Assembly (NCBI RefSeq): GCF_021028975.2
Contig: NC_059430.1
Location: 87,420,001 to 87,484,000, forward strand
Source of the DNA: Sphaerodactylus townsendi
Taxonomy: Eukaryota
DNA length: 64,000 nucleotides
Reading direction: 5' to 3'
The notes under the pieces were generated by a model that was given only the letters and a program-made list of their open reading frames with translations, had not been told where the DNA came from and did no database searches. The translations under genes were made by a program, and so were the position numbers. Of this stretch, positions 19,601 through 31,600 are shown piece by piece (positions within the stretch are counted from its first letter, which is position 1; each line of letters starts with the position of its first letter).

Positions 19601-22600
19601 GGCATGGGTGCCCACCCCGCCAGCGCAAGGGCAAATCTGCAGGCAGAAGGGTTACTGACCCTAGTTGCCAAGTGCAATACAGCTTCATGCACCTGACTCG
19701 GTTGAAAGGTGAGGCAGAACCAGGCTTGCTCCTGAGCCGGGGGGAGGGAGGGAGTGCAACATCATTCACTTTGTGAGTCCTGCTTGCTGATTGGTGAACA
19801 GTTCATCATTGAAACAGTCAACTGCTTAGGCAATTATAGGTTAGGATGTTTGGATGTTTTTATTTAAAATAAGATTACCTTTTTCAATCAGCTTGGGTGT
19901 TAGAGAAAATGTTATGAAATTTTTTTATCAATTGTATTTTTCTGTTAGACTAACTAAAATGTATAAAAGTGCTAGTAGCCACTGTTGGTTTAATGATAGA
20001 CCTCAGGCAAACTTACTCCACATATGGTGAGGCTGTGTTAGAGACAAAAAAATTGGAAAATGGTGACAATTATGCTGGCACAGGAAACAGACTGTAATGT
20101 TAGTGCCCCCTCCCCCAAATTTTGCTAATCAACTGTGTAGTCTCTATTCCAAATATAGCATATAGGAGAAATGTTCTAAATGTTAGTCACAAAGTTAGTA
20201 TTTAGTAAACTTGGGAAACAGGAAATAATGTCAATACATAAAATTTGTTAACACATAAAATTATCAACATTACCCCAAAAATGAAGATTTTACATATGTT
20301 GAACTTTTCTAGTCACACAGAAACTGACAGTGTAATTATATTTATTTGTCTGGCCTTAATCAAAGATAATCTTATTTTGCTTTAGAATCTTATTTGGTAT
20401 TTGAGTTGTCCATATTTATATGTATTATTACTTTATTTAGATGTTCTAAAAATTGTTGTGCCTTTTGTACAATACTTAGTAAAGAAATTAAAACTCCAGG
20501 AAAGCAAGAAGACTGATGAAGAAGTGCATTAGCAGTGGTTAATAAAAAGTGCATGTCAGGGGTATTGATTTGCATTTACAACTGTAATTGGATTTAGACA
20601 GGAAAGTATTACTTGTATAACTATTGAGTTAGTAGTCTTGTTTTTAGGAAAAAACTAAATCCAATTCTCCATCTTTGCATCGATTTTACATCGATGCCTA
20701 TTGAATTTGATGCCTCTAGTTATTTTACCAGGGTCTATACATGTCCTGTTTCTTCTTTTGACTTTAAAATGGCTCCCAGAATTGACTTGGTAATGGAATA
20801 TGCATGGCAATGCATTGCTACTGACCATTTTCTGTTTTCTTTTACAGTCGAGATGAGAGGAGGTGGATTGAAAAGCAAAACAGAGCAACTAGAGCTCTAA
20901 GAAAAAAGGAAGAGATGAACAGAATAAGGACACTCATCGGTAAGCATGAGCTCTGCATTTTCAGGGAAATTAACTTATTAAATTCCACACGTCATGTGTC
21001 ACCTTTATAGATGCATCTTCTTTCTTTTCTTAGACACTGCATACAGCTGTGATCCTAGAATAAAGAAGTTCAAGGAAGAAGAAAAAGCAAAGAAGGAAGC
21101 AGAAAAGAAAGCAAAGGTAGATGCAAAACGAAAAGAACAGGAAGAAAAAGAAAAGGTAAGTTTCAGAGTTGAGGTATTGATGGAGTCAATTGACTCCATC
21201 ATCTAAAAAATTTTGGTCTTCTGCTAGTTGGATAAAAAGGTCGTCATTAATTGCCCTGTTTTTGTAAAAATGTGAGGCAGTGGCTGTAACTGTTTAGATG
21301 TTTCAGTTGAAGTTACTCTTTGAACTTTGTTCAAGTAATGCCTTGTGACTTACTGAGAGACGTTGTGTCCCCATTCTATCAGTTCTTCCTCTGCAATTTT
21401 TAGAGCAGTGAGGGTCCATGACTAAGCAGAACATTTTAAAACAATCCCTGCCAATTAGATGTGCCTGCCAAGGTGCTTTATAACTATCATATACATTTGT
21501 AATTTGGGATTGTTATGGTGAAGCCAAAGAACCCGCTGTGTGTTCAAATGGATGTTGGTACATTTTGGAGCACAGACACTACTAATTTAAGAAAAGCAAG
21601 CTGTTCAGATGTACGGACCTTCATTTTAAACTTGCTTTAGGGTCAAATGGTCTCAAGCAGAATGATTTTCAGAATGCAGATGCCACTTAATGATATGAAC
21701 ATTTCCTAAACTTTCTAACCTGCCAGCATTAGAAATTCCTCTAGCACCAATATTATTAACTAGTTTGGTTACTTGGGCCGTTTCTGCACGGCCGTAAGGG
21801 CGCCTCCACGCCGGCAAGAATTCCGCCGGCGTGGAGGCGGAGGCCGTTCGCATGCAAGCATGCGGGTGGCCTCCAGAGAGGCCGGCAGACGGCAGGCGGC
21901 TCCGCATGGAGCCGCCTCTTCCCCGTTCCACTCCAGGGGTCGGACCTCCAGGGGTCGGAGGACAGCGTGGGCGGGGCTTCGACGGCCAGCAGGCCGATGA
22001 CGGGGACACGGTGAGTGGAACGGGGAAGGGAAACAGCGTGTTCCCGGCGTTGCAGCAGCGCAGCCTGTGCGAATGGCTCCCTGGGGACGACGTTTATCCC
22101 GTCCCCAGGGCGCCATTAATGGGCCGTGCGGAAACGGCCTTGGCCTTGAAAGCACAGACCTATGTATCTTGGTAAATTTTCTACTAAGGGAGTATAAAAA
22201 ATTGGTACCTGGTATTGTATTATTGGTGTTTCCATTTCAGTGACATCAAGCAGTGCTTTCCAACATTGGCGTCTGCTGATATTTTCCTGCCACCTAATGT
22301 TCTGCCCCAAAGCAAAGAGCCAATTTTGTCTTTCCAGTTCCTCATCAGAGCAGAAAGTGCTTCAGAAGAGGCATCAACTCTGTAGGGAGAATCCATTTTG
22401 AATCCATTCTTGGCTTAGCCCTGCCTAATATTAGTAATTGATGCCAGCCTCTGTGGCAGCAAATTTTTGGTGGGGTCCACTGGCATTCTCAACATTGTAA
22501 AAGTCTCCAGTGGCCCTGACATAGACTGTTACAAAGTGCTTTTGGGAGTGTTTGCAAGAATATGAGCAGACTACAGTGATTCTAGCATTTGCTTTTGTTT

Positions 22601-25600
22601 CAGCAAAGGCAAGCAGAATTGGAAGCAGCCCGATTAGCTAAGGAGAAAGAAGAGGAAGCAACCAGACAGCAAGCTCTGCTGATGAAGAAAGAGAAGGACA
22701 TTCAGAAAAAAGCAGTTAAAAAGGAAAGACAAAAGCTGCGAACCACATGCAAGGTATTTGGCTTTGGCAGCAGCTAAATATAAATGCTCCGTGTTTTTCA
22801 ACTGTTGAATGTTGGTCTGGAATAGGAGTGTCTTCATACCAAAAGGGGAAACTTGGATTCCAGACCTAATTTACATTTTACACATTTACAATATTGTAGC
22901 CTTGCTTTCATTAAGGCAAAATTATCATCACTGTGCAACTTATGCAGATTATCCCAGTTGATTAGGATTTAAAGAAGAAATAGTAAGGCTGCAATACTAT
23001 GTACACTTAATTTGAGAGTGAGTTCTATTGAGGTTGGTGGGATTTACTTTTGAGTAGTCCTGCTTATGATTGCATTGTAAACGTATTAGATCTCTAAACT
23101 TTACTAATCACTTGGACAAAATCACTAGTCTTGCTTTCCACTGATGTTCAGATTGGGTGAACGACCCTTCATGATGGTTCTCTGAGGTGTGTTTGCATGT
23201 GTGCACAGATAGAGTACTTATCTAGGAGTCTGAGCTGCTAAGAGAGCCACACAAAAATGCCCACTTCTGCCTTTTTTCATTGTTTATCAGAGAGTCTGTT
23301 CACAGTGTGCCCCAGGTCAAGACTGCTGCATACTCAAAAGACATATTGCTTTAGAAGAAGAAAAAGAGTTTGGATTTATATCCCCCCTTTCTCTCCTGCA
23401 GGAGACTCAAAGGGGCTTACAATCTCCTTGCCCTTCCCCCCTCACAACAAACACCCTGTGAGGTAGGTGGGGCTGAGAGAGCTCCGAGAAGCTGTGACTA
23501 GCCCAAGGTCACCCAGCTGGCATGTGTGGGAGTGTACAGGCTAATCTGAATTCCCCAGATAAGCCTCCACAGCTCAGGTGGCAGAGCTGGGAATCAAACC
23601 CGGTTCCTCCAGATTAGATACACAAGTTCTTAACCTCCTACGCCACTGCTGCTCCATACCCATAATAAATTTATGTATTCTTTTTAAGTATTTGCATTTT
23701 AAAGGGAAATTCAAATTCAGTTAATTCTCATATTCACTTTTGCTATTATACCCGTTCATTTCATTTATTACAACTCAAGATGGGCCAATGTTGTACAAAC
23801 ATCAGAGCAGAAGCTAACCACAAGTAAACATCAAAACAAGAACAATTCTTAGTTAGCACTTATTTTGTAATAAAGACAGATTTAATAAAAACATCTGTTT
23901 ATCAGCTGAACCAGAGTGTGAAATCTGGCCACTTAAGAGTGATTTCATTTAAGCAATCTGCACAAAGAGCAGAGATGTAAAATTGATCAGATCATCCTGG
24001 ATGTTTAAATAAAGTAGGAGTAATTTACTGGGAACAAATATTCTTATACAATGAACAGTGAAGTGATATGTTGATATATACAGCGAAGTGTGCAACAGAC
24101 TTCCCTCTGTGATACGCCTCTGAAGATGCCAGCCACAGATGCAGGCAAAACGTTAGGAACAAGATCCACCAGACCACGGCCACAAAGCCCAGAAAACCCA
24201 CCAGAACCAGTTGAATCCAGCCGTGAAAGCCTTCGACAATAAATTGAAGTGATATACGTTCAGTAGTTTGATTTACTCTTTGATCTGAGATTGCAAATGC
24301 CTTAACAGACCAGGTGATCAGGAGCGACAGCCGCAGAAGGCCATTGCTTTCACATCCTGCATGTGAGCTCCCAAAGGCACCTGGTGGGCCACTGCGAGTA
24401 GCAGAGAGCTGGACTAGATGGACTCTGGTCTGATCCAGCTGGCTTGTTCTTATGTTCTTATGTTCTTAGTTTTAATCACATTCAGTTAGCAAAAACATAA
24501 ACAGTAGGAATAAGGGATACCTAGAAACAGACTTGCAACAAAGCTGAAGGTAGAATAATGAAACAGGCCAAAGTAAATGCTCTACAGTATTTTGAAAATT
24601 CTAAGGCATAGAGACAATTTGCTGGCACAGAATTTTGACCATGATTCCCTGTTGCCAAGTAAGAGTGGACTATGGTTCTGCAAAGAGTTATAACCCAGCC
24701 ATATCCCAGCTGCTTTGTTTCTTTAGCTCCCAGGAGCACAAGATGACATACAGCTGGAGGAATAAGTCCATATTATTGTAATTTCTTATCAGCTTCCACC
24801 CTGCCTGAGCCAAGGTTATTTAAGAGAATTAAAGGAGCGATTCCAAGAGGATTCACATTTTAATTTAATCAAAAGAGCACCACTCGGTGCCAATTTTGCC
24901 CTTCTAATGACACCATTCCTGATTCTAATTTGAGGAAGGCATTACAAATACAGTGTGGGACGCCAAATAAGGATCTTAAGTCATTTAGATAGAATTTATT
25001 CCTGTATCAAAACCAGTTTCTGGATTCTTCTTAAATGTTTGCATTGTAAATGTTCATATGTGTTTTTGCCATTATACAAGAACAGATCCTTCTCTCAAGA
25101 GAGAACTTCAGTTCCCAGGGTTTCTGTCACAGGGTTTCTTCTGTCAAAACCAAGAAAAATGTATGTTTCATGTATGTTGGCTTAGTTGTCTGATTTTATT
25201 TGTTTGTAGATTTTATTTTGCTGGTCTTATTTGTTGATGTTTCTAAGGCGAGCCATCTTAAAATAGGAAGTGTCGAAAACTGAAGAGTTCTTAAAGAGAA
25301 ATGGCTTTAAAGGATATGAACGTGTCCCACAACTTATAGGACATGTTTGTCCAGTTTCACCTCCAGTCTTGCCTTGTGTGGTTGTGAAGCTATGATCAAC
25401 AGTGGTTCATGATAACCATCAACATGTAAAACAGCATTCGTTGCTTTCCATGCTTTTTGTAATTTGGACAACAATGTGTGAATTCTCCCTTACTTCTAAA
25501 GTTCTTCCAGATCTGAATATCCAAAAGTTAAAAAAAATGAATATTAACACAGGGCTTTAAATTCTAAATTCTAAAAAGTTGAATTCTAAAAGTAAATTTT

Positions 25601-28600
25601 ACTTAACTCAGTAGTATTAGGAAACCCTTGATTTTTGAAAAGATCAAGATTTTTGATTTTTGAAAAGAGGAGCTAGTGCAACATCTGAGGAGTGTGTGAT
25701 CCACACATGTAGAATATGGCCAGACATAACAACACTGTAGTAATTGCTTGGAGATTGTTGTCAGGGGGATTGTATCTGTGTGATTGAGATGCATTCCTAG
25801 CTCAGTGAAACTGCTTAAAACTACAAATCAATGCTGCTGCAAGATATAAGTAACCAGCCTGCTATATGTTACCACTGCCAGCTGGAACATTCTTTCCTTA
25901 ATCTATACTTTATGGCTTTACATGCTTTGTAGATAACTAGGCTTCCCCTGACACCCTGGTCCAATGAGAAAGTGTTGTATCTGTTATCTCGTGGGGGCAG
26001 AAAGCCAGGTGGCTTTCTCTCACTGTCTCGCCGACCTTGGGTGCCTCAGGTCCAGGGACTGTTTTTTACAACTTCTTGGGAAAACGGGAGGGGGGACTTG
26101 CGATGAGATAAAGGGGGTGGCAAAAGCCAAGTTGGTCAGAACTGGCTTTGCCAAGCTTTGGTGCTCTGACGCTTTATCAATAAAGGCTATTGATTAACAG
26201 CACAGAGTCCATTTATTGGCTTAAGGCTCGAGACTTAACAATTGTGTATGTACCACATTTTGTTGACTGAAGCATGTGATGTTGTTCTTTCAGAACTGGA
26301 GTTACTTTTCTGACAATGAGGCAGAGTGTGTTAAGATGATGGAGGAAGTGGAAAAGCTTTGTGATCGTCTGGAGTTGACAAGGTATGCTTTCCTGACCTA
26401 CACACCTATGTTTTTTGACCTTCAGCTTTCCACTAGATCTGAAATATCGTTCAATAATTTATTTTTAGTCTGCAGTGCTTGAATGAAGCACTTACCTCCA
26501 CAACAAGGGAAGAAGGAAAGGCTGCTGTAGAAAAACAGGTAATTATACATCTTTTGTCCTGTACCAGTGAATTGGCATAATGAAAATATCAGGGCAAGCC
26601 TATACAGCCACATAAATACTGAATATTTAGGAAAAAACTTGTACTATAGAACCAAACTTTTAAAAAAGTTGCTTCCACAGCTGAGAATACCTGCTTGCAC
26701 TGCTTTAGCCAAATCTGGTGAAATCTAATTGCATAAACCTGCAGCAGACATATGCTGTCTAGAGATTAGCACATGAATTTTTGTTCACAACACTGTTGCA
26801 TGCTTGATGACATATGCAAGAGGAAAACATATAACACTGCTAATATTTCCCAGGAACAACTGAGGTAATTTGGAACCTCTGAGCTCTGTAAGAATATAAG
26901 AGAGGAAGGAAGGGTCATTAACATCTAACATTGTAGAATATTGTAGAACATCTGCTTGGCATACAAAAGCTTCCAGGTCCAATCCCTGCCATCTCCAGTT
27001 AAAGAAGCAGGTAACAGTTGATGTGAGACTCTACCTAACACCCATAGAACCAGTCAGAGTTGACAGTACTGACTCTGATGGATTAATGGTCTGATTCAGT
27101 GTAAGGCAGCTTTGTGTGTTCAAAGTGTTGTTAAAGCAGACCAGTGGTCCTTCTGGTCCAGTCTCCTGTCTCACCCAGAGACAAACAACTTATTCCGGCA
27201 AGCCAACAGCAGGGTATTGAAGCCAAGGCTTTTCCTCAGTGTTGCCTTCTGGTACTGGTATCCTCAGGTTTAATGCCTCTGAAGGTGAAGGTTTCCTTTC
27301 ATCCTCATAACTAATAGCCACTGATGGATCACACATTGAATAAAGAAATATTTTTCTGTCTATACTGAACCTATTGCTCAGGGTGCCCCCTGAGTTCTAG
27401 TATTGTGGGAGAGTGAGAAAAGGTGTACTTTGTCCACCCCCTCTGCCCCATGCATAACTTTATAAGCCTCTCTCATGTTTCTCTCAATGGTCTTTTTGTT
27501 AAACAAAAAAGTCCCAGTCTCTTTAGCCTTCCCTTGGCAATCTTAGTTGCCATCTTCTTTGCTTTTTCCAGCTTTGTAATTTTTTTTAGATATGGCAATC
27601 AAAATTGCACCCAGTATTCCAAATGAGGCTGTACCATAGATCTGTGAAGGAGTAGGAGCATGTATCGAAGGTTTCTAGAGTGAGAAAGTTCTCTGTATAT
27701 ATCAGTGATGGTGAACCTTTTCGAGACCGAGTGCCCAAATTGCAACCCAAAACCCACTTATTTATCGCAAAGTGCCAACATGGCAATTTAACCTGAATAT
27801 TGAGGTTCTAGTTTAGAAAACCAGTTGGCTCCGAGGCGCACGTCACTCGGGAGTAAGCTTGGTGAAGCAACCGTGCAACGCTTCGAATGGGTGAATCACA
27901 ACCCTGGGAGGGTTTACTCAGAAGCAAGCCCCATTGCCAGCAACCGCGCTTACTCTCAGGTAAAGGATTGTGCCCAGGCTAGCCTAGATATGTGTGTGTG
28001 TGGGGGGGTGATCCCCCCCACACACACACACATGATGAACTCTGTGCACGTGTGCCCACAGAAAGGGCTCCGAGTGCCACCTCTGGCACCCGTGCCATAG
28101 GTTCGCCACCGCTGGTATATATGAATATGGTTTGAATGTTACCTATGTTGTAGGAAAGGATATTTATATTCATCCAACATGATGGACTGAAAGGGGGAAA
28201 ACATTATTCACATGGTGGCTAATGTCAAAACTTCAGTATAAATTGACTGACATCTGACTAAACAGTACAGCAACAAACAAGACCAATGTCACACATACAC
28301 ATAGTGAAATCTTGGCTCTATAAACTGATAACGTTTTTTCTTTCAAAGACCTTGTGAGTTCCCACTAGAATCTGCAATGGGTACAATTCTTTCTACTGTG
28401 TGATGTCTTTGCCCAAATACCAAAAAAAACCTTAATAATTTTGAAAATTTTATGATTGGACATTCTGAGGTCATGAAGGTTATTTTATTGCTCGGCGGTT
28501 GCTGTTTATTTTTTAACAGTGTACTTGCTCAAAATGCTACTTGCATTGGATACCAATGAACTTCTTCTCCAGCAGTGATTATTTGGGACAAAATGAGCCA

Positions 28601-31600
28601 GGGAGTTTGTGGTGATTTGCCTAGCTGCTTGGGAGAAAGGTTTTGTTTGCAATTATTCTGTGTGTGTTTTTATATTCACATAGATAGAAGAAGTAAATGA
28701 GCAGATTAAAAAAGAGAGGGAAGAAGCAGATGCTCGTTTGCGACAAGCAACAAGAAGTACTGAGAAATCGACAAGCGGAGGGGGTGGTGGAAGTAAGAAC
28801 TGGTCAGAAGATGACTTGCAGTTGCTAATTAAAGCTGTGAACCTCTTCCCTGCAGGGACTAACTCACGGTACATATACATTAATAAAGAGTATGTGTGTA
28901 TGTATGTGTGTGAATCTATATTCTTTACTTCCCACACAGAAATGTGCCCTAACTAGTATTTATCTATTGGATAGGATTTTTCAGAAATCAGTTCAAAGGT
29001 GTCTCAGGTTTTCCATCCATGGGTCCTCATAAAATCAACTATTAACTGGAATGTCTTTATCTTTATACTTTTCTCTGTAAAAAATACTCTGTATCAATTA
29101 CTCTTGGTTTGGTGTTGGACGAAATGAGCTAAAAATCCATGCATTTTCAAAGGAAATGCTTCCTTCTTCCGTATGCTCCCTTCCATCTTCCGTAATCAAT
29201 GTATTGCTTAAAATATCTTTCCAAGGCTATGGTATGATTGGCAATTGCTGCATGTATATTTGAAGCAAAGTCATTTGATTTTTATTGAAAAATATACATC
29301 CTAAAATAATGCTATATCATTCTTCAAGTGGATTAAAAAACAAATTCCCTGCAAATGCCAGATTACTTTTAACTGGTTGAAAACAGGGACATTCTTTTTT
29401 CAAGAATATTTGTAAACTTTCCCTTTTCTTGTGCACATGTAGGTGGGAAGTTATTGCCAATTATATGAATTTGCACTCTACTACTGGAATAAAGCGAACT
29501 GCAAAAGACGTTATCAACAAAGCAAAGAACCTCCAGAAACTTGGTATCTTTATCTTTGTAAGACTGTCTGCATGCTTCCATTTTATGTTCAAGTGAATCG
29601 AGCTTTCATTCTAAAAGCACGAGCATGTTCTTGGCTGCCAGTCCCCCTCCCTGGTTAAACTGTGAGAGGGAAATTCCTATACTCCTCCATTCAATGGCAG
29701 GACTTGCCCCTGTTCTGCCATCTCTATCAATTTTCCCCTAATTATTTATTTATTTATTTATTTATTATTTCGATTTTTATACCGCCCTGTCCCCGAGGGG
29801 CTCCGTAATTAGAGGCAGACTATCAGGTGTGTAATATAGGCAGGTACTTGCTCACGGCTCTTGGTTTGTGCTCTGGTAGAATTTTGGGAGGTGTTGTGAT
29901 GAACAGTTCATGTTCTGGTCTCATACTGAAATTCCTCCACCACCCACTGCAGACCATTTTGCTTCCTAAATGTAACTGCTAGAGTCTGTAGAGTCCCAGG
30001 ATCATTGACTGAGGGGGTCTGCAGGAGTAGGAGAGAAATAAGTAAAAATCTACCATAAGTAGATATATTTTAGAATCTGACCTAGTATAAACTGTTGGAT
30101 CAATATAATTCAGACTATTGCAGAGGCAACTGCCTGTAGAGACAGGCAAAATCACATAGCATAGTTATTGGCAAAAGATAATAGGATAAGTGGCTTCCAA
30201 GTGGAGGAGACAAAGAAAATATGTGCAATCTTGTTTATTATGCTCATCATGAGAGCCAGCATGGTGTAATGGTTAAGAGCAGGTGGACTGTCATCTGGAG
30301 AACTGGTTTCATACCCCACTCTTCCACATGAGAGGCATACTCTTATCTGGTGAACAAGATTTGCTTCCACACTCCTATATTCCTGTTGGATGACTAGTCA
30401 AGGTTCTTCAGAACTCTCTCAGCCTCACCTACCTCAAAAGGTGTCTGTTGTGGGGAGAGGAAGGGAAAGGAGTTTGTAAGCCACCTTGAATCTTTGAGAG
30501 AAGTGTATAAATTCAAACTCTTCTTCTAGCCTGCCTTTAATCTATGTGCTCAACTCCGCTGTTGTGTTTGAGGAAAACAAGAGGCAGGGAATGTTAAATG
30601 TACACTTGAGAATTGTTGTTCATTGCCAGATAAAATCTAATTAGACATTCAGTAATGGAGGAAGCAGATTGCCTTTCAGTTGCTCTTCCTACCCTTCTTG
30701 TAGAATGAAAATTAACAGCCAGTGTATTATAGTGGTTAATGTTAAACTAGGATCTGGCAGATCCATGTTTGAATCCCCTCTGCCATAGAAACTCGCTGGG
30801 TGGTGATATTGGTCCAGTCACACACACTCAGCCTCACATGGTTGTTGTAAGGATCAAATGGAGAGCGTAATGATGTAAGCTCTGCTTTGGATTCCCACTG
30901 AAGACCCAATAAATTAATAGGAAAATTAAGAGACCTTTCCCTTGACTCATATGGCTTGAATTTAGACTCTTCAGATGGGGAATTCTTAAGGGGTGTCATT
31001 CTCATAATTCAGCATTAAAGAGAAAATGCTTTTGTCTTTTGTTTTGTTATTTCTGAATTTAAACATTCCATACAGATCTTTTACAATAAGTCAATTTAAA
31101 ATTAAGTTTCTAAATACCAACCCAACTTCTCTATCTAATTTTTGTTTGTGCCATGGCTTATTTTGTACAATGACATCAACCTCTTCTTTTTCTCAGACCC
31201 TCATCAGAAGGATGACATCAACAAAAAGGCTTTTGATAAATTTAAAAAAGAGCATGGTGTTGTGCCACAGGCAGAGATTGCTACACCATCTGAGCGATTT
31301 GACGGTAAGCATTCAAGAACCTTGTCCTAATGTTTGATGAAATAGCATGGTGTCGTTCCCCCCCCCCCCCCCGGCGTTTCTTTGGTATTTTAGCAAGATC
31401 ACAGTAGCAGGAGCCAGGGCAGATCTTCAGCACTTTAGTGCTTGTTTGATATCTTCGTCTGAAAAATGACATCTAAATGAACTGAAGTTGTTGGGGTGTC
31501 AGAGGAGCTGTGATCACTCTCTAGAGACAGCAAATAAAGTCCGATAGTCCAACATTATTTTGGGCAGAAGATCCAGTAGAAGGCGATAACACATCTCAGA

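Noticed and set aside
21653-22175. Cluster of overlapping ORFs on both strands
   Set aside because: Explained by stop-codon scarcity in the GC-rich MITE.
29544-29552. GTATCTTT donor resembling a U12-type 5' splice site (DNAJC2 intron 14)
   Set aside because: No TCCTTAAC branch site before the 31197 acceptor, which has an ordinary polypyrimidine tract; likely a weak U2 donor.
29895-29930. Box C (GTGATGA) and CTGA in a sense intron, possible C/D snoRNA
   Set aside because: Spacing too short; no terminal stem, second box pair or recognisable rRNA guide.
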